DNA of 64,000 nucleotides. It comes from an uncultured archaeon. Its GTDB lineage: Archaea; Thermoproteota; Bathyarchaeia; Bathyarchaeales; Bathycorpusculaceae. Position 1 is the first letter of the stretch; each line of letters begins with the position of its first letter. Under the pieces are notes generated by a model. It searched no databases, was not told the origin of the DNA, and worked only from the letters and a program-made list of their open reading frames with translations. The translations under genes and the position numbers were made by a program. Positions 40,489-50,810 of this stretch are shown here, one piece after another. Location of the stretch: assembly GCA_963810275.1 (NCBI GenBank), contig CAWENF010000002.1:64001-128000 (forward strand), given 5' to 3'.

Positions 40489-41097
40489 ATGCAGTTAGTG
40501 GGAGTGCTTTTACTCATAATTAGTGTCAGCTTAGTTGCGGCGCCCGTTGGCGCTGTTGTCTATACTTATCGAGATGACCTAACAGGATTAGTTGTTCCAC
40601 CCGAAATCCAAAATGCCATGAGCGGCGACGCCAGCTTTATCCTAAACGACGACGTGCTAGGCATTGACGGGTACGGCGACGGCAACGACCCTAATACGGT
40701 CCTAAACAACTTTGTCACCCCTACGTTGGTAGATGCACAAATCGATCAGTCTCAAAACACATTCACTTTGCGAATTAACGTGACAAATCCGCTAAACTAT
40801 GATTTAACGCTAAACAAAATGAGCACTGATGTACAAAGCATCGAGGGCCAAACCTTAGCGACAGTTAACATAGGTCAGTCTGTCATCATGCCTGCCGGGC
40901 AAAGTAGCATAATCAAAGTGGATGGCATATGGACAGAGGAAGGTGACGCCTTTATCACAAATCATTGGTATGATGCCTTGAAAGACATTGCGCTAGCCAA
41001 CATTGTGGTGGACGTGAATGGTGTACAGGTTGAACGTTCGACTCCTTTGACGGTGTCTTTGCCAATTACACTTTCTGGCGTGCTTGTGGGGCAGTAG
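40489..41097 (+). CDS. Membrane-anchored protein with LEA/WHy-like beta domain
   Basis: N-terminal TM; INVTNPLNYDL N-P-N-like motif. Confidence 0.55.
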   Translation: MQLVGVLLLIISVSLVAAPVGAVVYTYRDDLTGLVVPPEIQNAMSGDASFILNDDVLGIDGYGDGNDPNTVLNNFVTPTLVDAQIDQSQNTFTLRINVTNPLNYDLTLNKMSTDVQSIEGQTLATVNIGQSVIMPAGQSSIIKVDGIWTEEGDAFITNHWYDALKDIALANIVVDVNGVQVERSTPLTVSLPITLSGVLVGQ

Positions 41098-41099
41098 AA

Positions 41100-41720
41100 T
41101 TGTCAAGACCGATCGACTACCTTGCATTAGTCGCAGGAATTCTAAGCCTCATCTTGATTGCGGTTTCATGGTTTGTTCCCTGGTGGCAATTCATCGTTGG
41201 CAACCCAGCCATTGCCACAGTTAATTTTTCTCCGGTAAACTTCAACTTCGCACTCTTCAACACCATGCTAACCGTCCCCATCATCTGGGCACTAAACATA
41301 GCCGCTCTGCTGACCCTACTTGCTGGCGGCATAGCCATGCTCCTATACTCTATTATGCCCACAAAAAGTTACGCAGAAAAGATACTGGGATTCGGCTACA
41401 AAAAACCCTTCTATGCCCTGATGCTATTCCTAATCGAGCTGGGCATACTTTACACATCCGCCACCGTCTTAACCGGTCTCAGCTTCCCCTTGATGGGTGC
41501 CAGCGTCCTTTCGTTGCCATCTTCAATTGCCCCAGGCGGTATAAGCGTCAGCGTCGCGGTGTCAGCTGGGTTTGGCTGGACTTTTTACTTAGCAATTACT
41601 GTTGTGGTTCTTTGCATTGGGACACGGATTTTTCACGGAAAAGTCGTGAAAGCTAGCGCCGGTGCGCCTGTTCCTCAGTCGGTTCAGAATCCTACGCCTC
41701 CCCCTCCCTCAGCAGTCTAA
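41100..41720 (+). CDS. Four-TM membrane protein
   Basis: Hydrophobic segments, PWW near the N-terminus, Pro-rich tail; 2 nt after the previous gene. Confidence 0.65.
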   Translation: MSRPIDYLALVAGILSLILIAVSWFVPWWQFIVGNPAIATVNFSPVNFNFALFNTMLTVPIIWALNIAALLTLLAGGIAMLLYSIMPTKSYAEKILGFGYKKPFYALMLFLIELGILYTSATVLTGLSFPLMGASVLSLPSSIAPGGISVSVAVSAGFGWTFYLAITVVVLCIGTRIFHGKVVKASAGAPVPQSVQNPTPPPPSAV

Positions 41721-41827
41721 CTCATCCTCTTTTTGACTCAGATCTTCTTTTTATTTTGGATATGTAACATTGTTTCGTTGCTATTAATATGCAAACACAG
41801 GTGTAACATAGAAGCAGGTGAAAACCT

Positions 41828-42457
41828 ATGTCCTCAACTACAGCAACCAAACTCCAACATGAACTCAGCAGCCTACTTGGCTTATCCATAATCAACATGA
41901 TGTGCTGTGCCTTCGGGTTTGCGTTTGGCGCCCTTTTCTTGACGCCTACGCTGCTTCAAGTGGCACAGACCCAAACCGTATCGCTGGACCAGCTTGGCCT
42001 AGCGATCCTTGGCGCCGCAGCGTTTGCCATAGCTTTCAGGTGGCTGATTTCTACTTCAAAAATAATCGAAGCAACCACCAAACTAAACAAAACATACGCC
42101 AAACACAAAGAAAAACAAACCCTAACCGACGAGGCAATAACCAGCTTAATCGTTGACATGACAGCCACCTACAGAGAAAACAAACCAACGCTCAAACTCA
42201 TGGCATTCATCAGCAAAATCGCCTGCGCCGCCTTCACCCTAATGGCAACCGCACAACTCATCTCGCTGGCGTTTAGTGGCGCCGTTGGAATACAACTTTG
42301 GCTGACGCTCCTAAGCGCCACCGTCTGTTACGGAGTCGCCGCAGCTAGCTACATCATCCCACATTTTTTTGGCAAATATAGCGAAGTATGGAAGCAACGT
42401 CTAAGCCGAACCGAACAGGCAGAAACCCAACTCCAACAGCTACTGGGGAAAGCATAG
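41828..42457 (+). CDS. Four-TM membrane protein
   Basis: Two TM hairpins; AGGTG SD. Confidence 0.65.
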   Translation: MSSTTATKLQHELSSLLGLSIINMMCCAFGFAFGALFLTPTLLQVAQTQTVSLDQLGLAILGAAAFAIAFRWLISTSKIIEATTKLNKTYAKHKEKQTLTDEAITSLIVDMTATYRENKPTLKLMAFISKIACAAFTLMATAQLISLAFSGAVGIQLWLTLLSATVCYGVAAASYIIPHFFGKYSEVWKQRLSRTEQAETQLQQLLGKA

Positions 42458-42726
42458 TGAAGCGGACTCATTACGAGATTTTCTGGGAAATTCTCACCTA
42501 CTGCCGTACTCCCCACAGCTTCACCAGCATCATTAACCGCTGCAACCTCAATAGCAAAATCGGGCAAACGCATCTTGATTTCCTAAAGCAGCGACACTTC
42601 CTTGAAGAAGTAAAAGATAGTGGATTGACCCTGCTTAAGTCCACCGAACAGGCTAAAGAGTACATCACGTTGTTTAACAAGACATATCAGCATCTGTTTG
42701 ACGATACACCCGAGTTTAGGCTATAA
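42457..42726 (+). CDS. Small archaeal winged-helix regulator
   Basis: GTG overlaps the upstream TAG; KRTHYEIFWEIL...TSIINRCNLN...HLDFL pattern. Confidence 0.7.
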   Translation: MKRTHYEIFWEILTYCRTPHSFTSIINRCNLNSKIGQTHLDFLKQRHFLEEVKDSGLTLLKSTEQAKEYITLFNKTYQHLFDDTPEFRL

Positions 42727-42923
42727 CTAACGTGCGACATACTGACTTGTAGGGTATTCTATGTTTTTTTCAAGCAAAATCTTCAGATTTTTTTCTATTG
42801 ACAACTTTTCATTAATTCTCTCTTAATCGTTAAAACCGCAAACCCACCCCTTAGCTCATGTAAACCAGCTTGCTCTAAAAACTAATTAGCACCAAACAAC
42901 AAATTATTCTAAAAAGTGACAAC

Positions 42924-44520
42924 ATGAATGCTGATGGCCACAGGTTTCGCGATGCAATAATTGAATTCTTACCAGACGCCACATTTGTCATTGACTTAAA
43001 CGGCAAAGTCATCATGTGGAATAGTGCAATGGAAATGCTAACCAGCATACCCCGAAACGACATACTTGGCAAAGCAGATTATGAATACGCCATCCCATTC
43101 TACAAAGAACGCCGACCAATGCTGGCTAACCTAATTTTCATGCTCGAAGCAGAGATCGAAAAAAAATATGACATAGTTGAACGCATCGGCGACACGTTGG
43201 TTGTTGAGATTTTTATCCCAGACTTTCGAGAGGGCGGTGCATATCTTTGGGCTAAAGCAAGCCCGCTCTATGATTCACAAGGAGAAATCGTCGGCGCCAT
43301 CGAGACAATCAGGGATATCACTGACAAAAAACGAGCCGAAGAAGAGATTATTCGGTCACGCCGCAGCCTTGCCGACATCCTAAGTTTCCTGCCTGACGCC
43401 ACGTTTGTCATAGACTTGGAAGGCAAAGTAATCGCGTGGAACAGCGCAATGGAGATGTTAACCAGCATACCAGCAGATGCTATGCTTGGAAAAGGCAACT
43501 ACGAGTATGCCATTCCATTCTACAAGAAACGCAGGCCAATGCTCGCAGACTTGGTTTTCATGCCGCAAGAGGATATAGAAAAGAACTACAACATCGTGGA
43601 GCGCAACGTGGATACGCTGGTTGTTGACGTTTTTATTCCAGATTTTCGAGAGGGCGGAGCTTACTTCTGGGCGAAGGCAAGTCCACTTTATGACCCAACC
43701 ACTGGGAAAGTTATTGGCGCTATCGAAACTATACGGGACATAACTGAACGCCGTGAGATAGAGGGACGGCTTGCCCGTTCAAAAGCCGAACTCCAGATCG
43801 CCGCGGAAATACAGAAAAGCTTTCTACCAGAGGCGATTCCGCAGATCCCAAGCGTAGATATCGCAGCTCGAACCGTCATGGCAAAGGAGGTCGGAGGAGA
43901 CTTCTTTGACGTAATCCCCTATGAAGTTATGACGCTGGAGGGTGGCATGCATGGGCTACTTGTTGCTGATGTCTCGGGAAAAGGCATCCCCGCTGCGCTG
44001 TTTATGGCGCTGTCAAGAATTGTGGTTCGGGTGAACGCGCTCCGGCATCGCGACCCCGCCAGAGTAATTTACGATTCCAATAACACGATAACCCAAGACT
44101 CAAAATCCGGAATGTTTGTAACCCTCTTTTTGGGTTTGTTGAACGAGAAAAACCGGTCCTTGACCTATGTTAATGCCGGTCATAATCCTCCAGTGTTATT
44201 CAGAAGCCAATACACAAACGGTTGAGAAGCTTCCGCCAACAGGAATTGCTATCGGCGCCTTAGAGAACGTAGAATACAAATCCCGAAGCATAAACATCGA
44301 AAAAGACGATGTTGTGGTAATGTACACGGATGGTGTTACTGAGGCAATCAATTCACAGCAGGACATGTTTGGGGAAAAGCGACTTATCGAATTAATTGAG
44401 AAAAATGCACATCTTTCGTCACAGGGGATTCTGGAAAAGATTTTGTCATATGTGAAAGAGTTTGCTGGGGATATGCCACAGGCTGATGACATCACATTAC
44501 TTATTATTAAAGGGATCTGA
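42924..44520 (+). CDS. PAS-PAS-PP2C (SpoIIE/RsbU-type) phosphatase, one frameshift near 44205
   Basis: Two near-duplicate PAS domains; AAEIQKSFLP, EVGGDFFD, ADVSGKG, NAGHNPP, then in the shifted frame YTDGVTEA and QADDIT. Confidence 0.92.
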
Positions 44521-44524
44521 CGCG

Positions 44525-44971
44525 ATGCCAAGTGAAAAAGTAAAGACAAACGATGAAAAGTTTGAACTTACAGTAGACAGTAAACTAGAAAGCCTCCCTA
44601 AAATAGGCGATTTCTTAGATGAAACAATGCAGCACTACAAGATACAGAACTTAAAAGACAGATACGCAGTCCAATTATCGGTTGATGAAGCATGCACAAA
44701 CATAATCAACCATGCATACACAGACAAAAACGAGGGAAAGATCGCGATTCGCTGCGTGATGGCGGATAAAAAATTCGTTGTAAACATAATTGATTGGGGA
44801 AAACCCTTTGATCCCACTGCTAAACCAAAACCCGATACTGAAAGCGGCTTGGATGAACGAAAAGCAGGCGGGTTAGGAATATTTTTTATAAGAAAATTCA
44901 TGGACGAAGTAAGCTACAGTCGTAGCGATTGTATGAATTTATTAACAATAGCTAAGTATATACGAAAATAG
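44525..44971 (+). CDS. RsbW/SpoIIAB-like Ser kinase (anti-sigma fold)
   Basis: N-box VDEACTNIINHAY, G1 DWGKPFDP, G2 GGLGIFFIRKFMDEV. Confidence 0.92.
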   Translation: MPSEKVKTNDEKFELTVDSKLESLPKIGDFLDETMQHYKIQNLKDRYAVQLSVDEACTNIINHAYTDKNEGKIAIRCVMADKKFVVNIIDWGKPFDPTAKPKPDTESGLDERKAGGLGIFFIRKFMDEVSYSRSDCMNLLTIAKYIRK

Positions 44972-44973
44972 TC

Positions 44974-45321
44974 ATGATGGCGAGTGATATGGAAGTAAAA
45001 ACAGAAGAAGACCTAACAACGGTAGTAATTGTGTCCAGATTTGACGCTTATACTGCCAGCGACGTAGAGACAGCCTTGAAAGATTTAATTGGGAAAGGTG
45101 CTAAAAAAATAATCTGTGATTTTTCCCAGACCGAGTATGTAGCCAGCGCTGGTCTGAGAGTTCTTCTGTCTTCAGCTAAAATCCTACAAAAATGCGGCGG
45201 CCAGATAGTAATGGCTTCTATGAAGCCCTACGTACGTGAAGTTTTCGATATATCAGGTTTCACCCAGATTTTTAAGGTATTTGATTCCCAAGAGGAAGCC
45301 TTGCAAACACTAAACAAATGA
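44974..45321 (+). CDS. RsbV/SpoIIAA-like STAS antagonist
   Basis: RFDAYTA, DFSQTEYVASAGLRVLL with the phospho-acceptor Ser, VFDISGF. Confidence 0.92.
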   Translation: MMASDMEVKTEEDLTTVVIVSRFDAYTASDVETALKDLIGKGAKKIICDFSQTEYVASAGLRVLLSSAKILQKCGGQIVMASMKPYVREVFDISGFTQIFKVFDSQEEALQTLNK

Positions 45322-45337
45322 TAAAGGGTACGGTTTC

Positions 45338-46612
45338 ATGTCAACTATAAAGTCCGAAGCCCAACGATGCCTAAAATGCAAGGTGCCAGGATGCGCAAAA
45401 GGGTGTCCCGTTTCAACACCTGTTCCACAGGTTACAACTTTGTTTTTGGAGGGCAAACTGCGAGAAGCAGGCGAGGTACTGTTCAACAACAATCCCTTAT
45501 CAGCCGTAACCTCCATCATATGCCCTCATGACAGAAACTGCAAAGGTAACTGCATACTGGGCAAAAAACTCCAGCCAGTTGAGTTCTATAAAATAGAGCA
45601 GTACATTTCTCGCTTCTACATAGAAACCTTTCAACCGCCGCAGATACAAAAAAACGGCAAAAAAGTCGGTGTGGTAGGTGCAGGCCCAGCAGGAATAACC
45701 ATGAGCATAATTCTAGCCCTGAGAGGCTACTCCATCACCTTATTTGACGCAAGGGACAGCATCGGCGGCACCTTACGGTATGGTATTCCGGACTTCAGAC
45801 TTCCTAAAAACATACTTGACTTGTACAAAGAAATCCTTGATGACCTCGGCGTCAAGTTCCGACCAAACACTCGAATAGGTACAAACCTCTCGACCGAAGA
45901 CATGTTAATGGACGGATATGATGCCATCTTTATCGCTACGGGAACTGGCAGACCTAATCGGCTGGGTCTGTTAGGTGAAACATTGGGACATGTGCATTAT
46001 GCCATTGACTATTTGAAGTCTCCTGACGCCTACAAACTAGGCAAAAAAATCGCTATTGTCGGCGCTGGAAACGTCGGCATGGACGCCGCCAGAACAGCCA
46101 TCAGAAAAGAGCACTCAGAGGTCACCATCCTAAATTGTAGGTGCCCCGAAGATGTGAGGGCAGATAAAGCAGAAGTAGAAATGGCATTAATTGACGGCGT
46201 AAAAATTCTCCACCAATGCCAAGTTGTCAGGATCGCAGATGACTTTATCAAATGCGTAAAAGTGGACAAAGTTGCCAACGAAGATGGCACTATTAGTTTT
46301 AACGAGAATTTCCAAGATTCATTTGAGATACCAGCGGATTCTGTCATCTTAGCAATCGGTCAGGGCCCGGGTGCAGATGTAGGTAGCGTTGGCAGCGTAG
46401 AAGTAACCCAGAGAGGGCTTTTACAGGTTGACGAATGTGGCAGAACATCACAAAAAGGTGTTTTTGCAGCAGGTGACATCGTTACTGGCCCCAAGACAGT
46501 CATTGAAGCGGTGGCCTTTGCTAAGACAGCAGCGGAAAAAATTCATGACTACTCAACAACACCAAGTTACTGTTTTAGTGGTATAGTCGTTTGTAGAGTT
46601 TCAAAGGATTAG
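45338..46612 (+). CDS. GltD-like NAD(P)H-dependent Fe-S flavoprotein
   Basis: EAQRCLKCKVPGCAKGCP, ICPHDRNCKGNC, GAGPAG, YGIPDFRLP, GAGNVGMD, VFAAGDIVTG; no gltB nearby. Confidence 0.88.
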   Translation: MSTIKSEAQRCLKCKVPGCAKGCPVSTPVPQVTTLFLEGKLREAGEVLFNNNPLSAVTSIICPHDRNCKGNCILGKKLQPVEFYKIEQYISRFYIETFQPPQIQKNGKKVGVVGAGPAGITMSIILALRGYSITLFDARDSIGGTLRYGIPDFRLPKNILDLYKEILDDLGVKFRPNTRIGTNLSTEDMLMDGYDAIFIATGTGRPNRLGLLGETLGHVHYAIDYLKSPDAYKLGKKIAIVGAGNVGMDAARTAIRKEHSEVTILNCRCPEDVRADKAEVEMALIDGVKILHQCQVVRIADDFIKCVKVDKVANEDGTISFNENFQDSFEIPADSVILAIGQGPGADVGSVGSVEVTQRGLLQVDECGRTSQKGVFAAGDIVTGPKTVIEAVAFAKTAAEKIHDYSTTPSYCFSGIVVCRVSKD

Positions 46613-46971
46613 CGGCTTAAAACGTTTTTTGTAGCCACCACATCAACACCAGTACCAAATAGGTCAAGTATGACTGGGTCACCAATGCGTATTGGGGCTT
46701 CAACCTCGACTTTTGCCAACAAATCCATAGCTTCAAAAAGTCGAGCTTTAGGGATCGGCTTGTTTGTCCTCACACTAACCAAAGGAACAGCGCCATTTTT
46801 CACTGCAACCGTAGTCGTTAAGGTGCGTTCAGGGTTGGAAATTTCTTTTTGGGCATATTCCACCCCAACTTTGCATCTGTTCCCGCTAACGCCACTTACA
46901 GTACTCCCCGCGTAATCTACTGTAAGACTGCAGCCCATAGGGCAGCCGATACAGACAATTTCCTGTCTCAT
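46609..46971 (-). CDS. DUF1667 Cys-containing protein
   Basis: CIGCPMGC...GNRCKVG...PERTLTTTV. Confidence 0.85.
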   Translation of the reverse strand: MRQEIVCIGCPMGCSLTVDYAGSTVSGVSGNRCKVGVEYAQKEISNPERTLTTTVAVKNGAVPLVSVRTNKPIPKARLFEAMDLLAKVEVEAPIRIGDPVILDLFGTGVDVVATKNVLSR

Positions 46972-48231
46972 TTCCGTAAAACCTCCACTTTAAACGAACC
47001 AACAGAACGGGTTTCGCTTCCCGCCAATTTGATCTTAATCATCTGGGCAGGATGAACCTTACGGAACTTCACTTGCTTAAACAAGGTCTTCCCCATCAAA
47101 AAATCCTATACTGACATTTTCTTCGGGGGTTGTCACGCGAATTGACAACTCAATATCAACGCCGACACAAATGCTTTGGGGTAACACATACCGAACCCCA
47201 TCTCCCACCTCTACGGGCAGTCTATTCACCCCACAAACTCGTCCATAAACATAATTTGCAGCGTTTTTACCCGCCCTCTGAGACTCAAGAGAAACAAAAT
47301 CCACTACGTCATGAACATGCAAAGCGTTTCCACAAGCAAAAACTCCTGGCACTGAGGTTTCAAGGTTTTCGTCAACGACGGCACCTCCTGTAATGGGGCT
47401 GAGATGGACGCCACAGTTCCTTGACAGATCATTTTCGGGAATCAAACCCACCGATAGCAGAAGGGTATCACAGAGTATTTTCTGCTCTTTTCCCTCAATC
47501 GGTCTTAGGTCTTTGCCTACTTGAGAAATTGTGATGGCTTCAACTCTGCCTTTGCCGTGGATTTCGGTAACGGTATGGGACAGGTAAAGCGGGATGTCGT
47601 AGTCAATTAGGCACTGTTGGATGTTTCGGGGCAAACCATTAGTGTGCGAGAGGATTTCGACTACAGCGTGAACTTTGGCTCCTTCCAATGTTAGCCTGCG
47701 AGCCATAATCAAGCCGATATCGCCCGAACCCAAAATAACCACATTTTTGCCGACCATTACGTTTTTCAGGTTAATCAGATTTTGAGCAACCCCAGCAGTG
47801 TAGACGCCGGCGGGCCTTGTTCCGGGAATGCAAATTTGTCCGCGAGTTCGTTCACGACACCCCATGGCAAGAATGATAGCTTTTGCGTCAAAACAGAACA
47901 AGCCCTTAGTAGAAGCAACAAACACCTGTTTTTGGGGGGTGATTTCTAGCACCATGCTGCTAAGCATATACGGAATTTTCAGATTCTCGAATTCGTCGAT
48001 ATATCTTTGCGCGTATTCAGGACCAGTCAATTGCTCTTTAAAAAGTTCGAGACCGAAACCATCATGGATACACTGAGGCAGAATGCCGCCTAGCCAATCG
48101 TTACGCTCCACAACCACCAAGTTTTGAACCCCGTTTTTCCGTGCGCTAATTGCAGCAGCTAACCCCGCTGGACCCCCGCCGACCACAACCAAATCAACCT
48201 TCCGCTCTGATAATTCAGTCACGTTTGTCAC
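46968..48231 (-). CDS. NAD(P)/FAD-dependent oxidoreductase, frameshift near 47080
   Basis: GGGPAG, GGILPQCIHDGFG, AMGCRER, GSGDIG, FACGNALHVHD; the shifted frame continues KVHPAQMIKIK to a stop overlapping the next ATG. Confidence 0.88.
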
Positions 48232-49690
48232 CCTCCCGCAAGCTCTTGGTTTTACCTACAAACAAATGAGAATCCGCAGACTTCAACTTAATTTCTTCTG
48301 TAGGTATGCCATATTCCTCTTTTAGTATCTCTATGATTTTAGGTAAACAGAAACCTCCTTGGCACCTGCCCATCCCTGCGCGGGTACGGTACTTCACAGA
48401 TGCAAGTGTTTTCTCCGAAATCGGGTTGTTTAACGCTTCTAGGACTTCCTGCTTGGATACGTGTTCGCATCGACAGATTATTTCGCCATAATTTGAGTTT
48501 TGGCTAATCAAAGCTGCCTGGTCTAATCGTGAGGCTTCGCCAAAAGCAGTAGTTCCTTTGCGGATGAGTTTAAAATCGGTTTTCTCTTTCAGATCCATTT
48601 TTTGACTAATCATTTGAACAACCATTTTTGCGATGGCAGGTGAAGCTGTGAGACCAGGTGACTCCATGCCTATTAGATTTATGAAGTTTTCAGCGTCTTC
48701 TTTTATAATGAAGTCACGGGAGCCTTTCTCTTCCGGGGAAGTAATCTTGGATCTCACCGAAGAGAATCCACCAATAATTTGATTCAGAGGAACTGATGGG
48801 AGCAGATTCTTGGCGCCATCAATTAGTTGCTGAACTTTTTCTTTGGTGGTTTTGGTGTCTTCCCGTTCGCTTATGAATTCTTCGCTGGGTCCAATCAATA
48901 TGTTTCCATCCAAAGTCGTGGTCAAATGAACGCCCAAGACACCAGCGATTTTCGGAGGAACCGGATAGGCAGGAGCGTTAATCAGGTTACGGCAGTTCTT
49001 GTCCAAAATCAAGTATTCACCGCGGCAAGGGTAAAGTTTGTAGTCACCAATGCCTGCCATAGCGGAGATTTTGTCTGCATACAAACCCGCACTATTCACA
49101 ACAAAGTTAGAGCGCCAGACACCCTGATTTGTCGTGACCTCAAACTCGCCTTCTGCTTGTGTTATAGCGGATACTTCGGTGTTGATGTGGACTTTCACAC
49201 CATTGCTTTGAGCGTTCTCTGCTAAGGCGATAGTCAAAAGGTAAGGGGAAACGATGCCGGCCACAGGCGAATACAACGCGTAGAGGGCGTCAAGGTTTGG
49301 TTCTCTTTTCTTGAGTTCAGATCCCGAAATTATCTCTAATCCCTGCACGCCGTTTGCTTCGCCTACAGCTTTTATTGCTTCTAAGTCTTTTAGTTCAGCT
49401 TCGGTTCGGGCAAGCACATGTTTTCCACAGATTTTACAGGGCACATCAAGCTGCCTGGTTAATTCGGGGTACATAAGGCGACCCTCAACACATAATTTGG
49501 CTTTCAGACTACCCTTTGGGTAGTAAAGACCAGTGTGGAGGACGCCGCTGTTGCCTTTACTGACACCAGAGCCGACGTCGATTTCCTTGTCCAGCAGCAC
49601 TGTTCGAATTTTATATTTTGACATTTCCCGTGCGATTGCGCAACCAACTACGCCAGCGCCTATCACTAACACGTCACATCTGTGGTTCAC
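48215..49690 (-). CDS. GlpA/LhgO-like FAD dehydrogenase with BFD-like [2Fe-2S] domain
   Basis: GAGVVG, SKGNSGVLHTG, RGEY, SPGLTASPA, ICRCE...RAGMGRCQGGFC; forms the known three-gene set with the NAD(P)/FAD oxidoreductase and DUF1667. Confidence 0.88.
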   Translation of the reverse strand: MNHRCDVLVIGAGVVGCAIAREMSKYKIRTVLLDKEIDVGSGVSKGNSGVLHTGLYYPKGSLKAKLCVEGRLMYPELTRQLDVPCKICGKHVLARTEAELKDLEAIKAVGEANGVQGLEIISGSELKKREPNLDALYALYSPVAGIVSPYLLTIALAENAQSNGVKVHINTEVSAITQAEGEFEVTTNQGVWRSNFVVNSAGLYADKISAMAGIGDYKLYPCRGEYLILDKNCRNLINAPAYPVPPKIAGVLGVHLTTTLDGNILIGPSEEFISEREDTKTTKEKVQQLIDGAKNLLPSVPLNQIIGGFSSVRSKITSPEEKGSRDFIIKEDAENFINLIGMESPGLTASPAIAKMVVQMISQKMDLKEKTDFKLIRKGTTAFGEASRLDQAALISQNSNYGEIICRCEHVSKQEVLEALNNPISEKTLASVKYRTRAGMGRCQGGFCLPKIIEILKEEYGIPTEEIKLKSADSHLFVGKTKSLREGDKRD

Positions 49691-49858
49691 TGCGAGTCAT
49701 CCTACTAAGTAGCTATAGAGAAGAAGACAATGGTCTGTTAAGATAAAAATTATCCTCAAAAAATTTGGTTTTGGAGGTTTATCCAAGTGATAAAATGGTG
49801 ACAGGAAATCCAAATGCCACATACATTTTTATCTTAATCTTGGTTAGTTTACTTTGAG

Positions 49859-50149
49859 GTGCTTGTTTTGCAAAATGATTTTGATTTAGAAGACTTTAAC
49901 ATGATCGATTTTGACGCGAAGAAAGTTTTGGAAACGCTCGCCGAGTTTGACCAAGGACAATATGTGAGCGGCAACCAAATCCATAAAAAAACAGGTTTAC
50001 TCCCTGAAATCATAAACAAAGCAGTCAAAGTATTGGAGAAGTCGCTACTCATAAACAACCCTTCTATTTCAAGGGATAAACCGCCTTACGAGTTTTATGC
50101 TGTTGAGATAACTGATTTTGGGCGGCAAGTTCTAGAGAAATACGGCTAA
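49859..50149 (+). CDS. Small winged-helix protein
   Basis: KKVLETL...GNQIHKKTGL.PEIINKAVKVLEKSLLI...ITDFGRQVL. Confidence 0.55.
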   Translation: MLVLQNDFDLEDFNMIDFDAKKVLETLAEFDQGQYVSGNQIHKKTGLLPEIINKAVKVLEKSLLINNPSISRDKPPYEFYAVEITDFGRQVLEKYG

Positions 50150-50810
50150 CCATAGGCGCTATATACAAGTAAAAAAAGAAAAGACACTGGAAGGCTCCAC
50201 GGCTAACGGGAAAAAGAAGAATAATAAAACCCAGTTTCCGTCAAGAGTCACCTAAACGCACCCAAGATAACATTAACTCGGATAAATCGCCGCGTTTGAG
50301 CTGCTATGTTGCCTTTTTTGCTTATTATGGTTCTGGTGACAGTTTCAATGTAGGTTACTTTAACGTTTTCTACGTTAAAGTGAACTATAGCGTGCCTTGA
50401 TTGCCGTTTGTAGAGCAACATGGATGTTGTAGCTTGTGAAGTTACTATGCCGTCCGCTTGAACTAAATTTTTGACGACCGATGAATTTGGGTCACAGCGT
50501 CATTAAAGATGCGACAACAGAGTCTGCTGATAGGATGTTACTTACTGTTGCGTTTTAGTGGTTGAGTCGTCAACCGTATCTTCTGAGGCAAGGTTGGTAA
50601 CTGCAAACAACACCATGACTACACTTACGCTGCAGAGTAACACAAAGGCTATTGCGGCTAGTTTTTATTCATTTTACACCACCTAAACAATTTTAGAATT
50701 GAAAAACACATTATTTTACAATTTTTCAGAATTAAACCCAGAAGCTGATTTTCCCAAATCAGCCCAGAATCGGCAAAACAAAAAATGACACAAAAGAAAT
50801 TGAATGCTAC

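Noticed and set aside
50230-50672. Possible secreted-protein gene on the minus strand (AGGTGG SD, MNK..LAAIAFVLLCSV)
   Set aside because: Broken by several frameshifts and stops; no family can be assigned.
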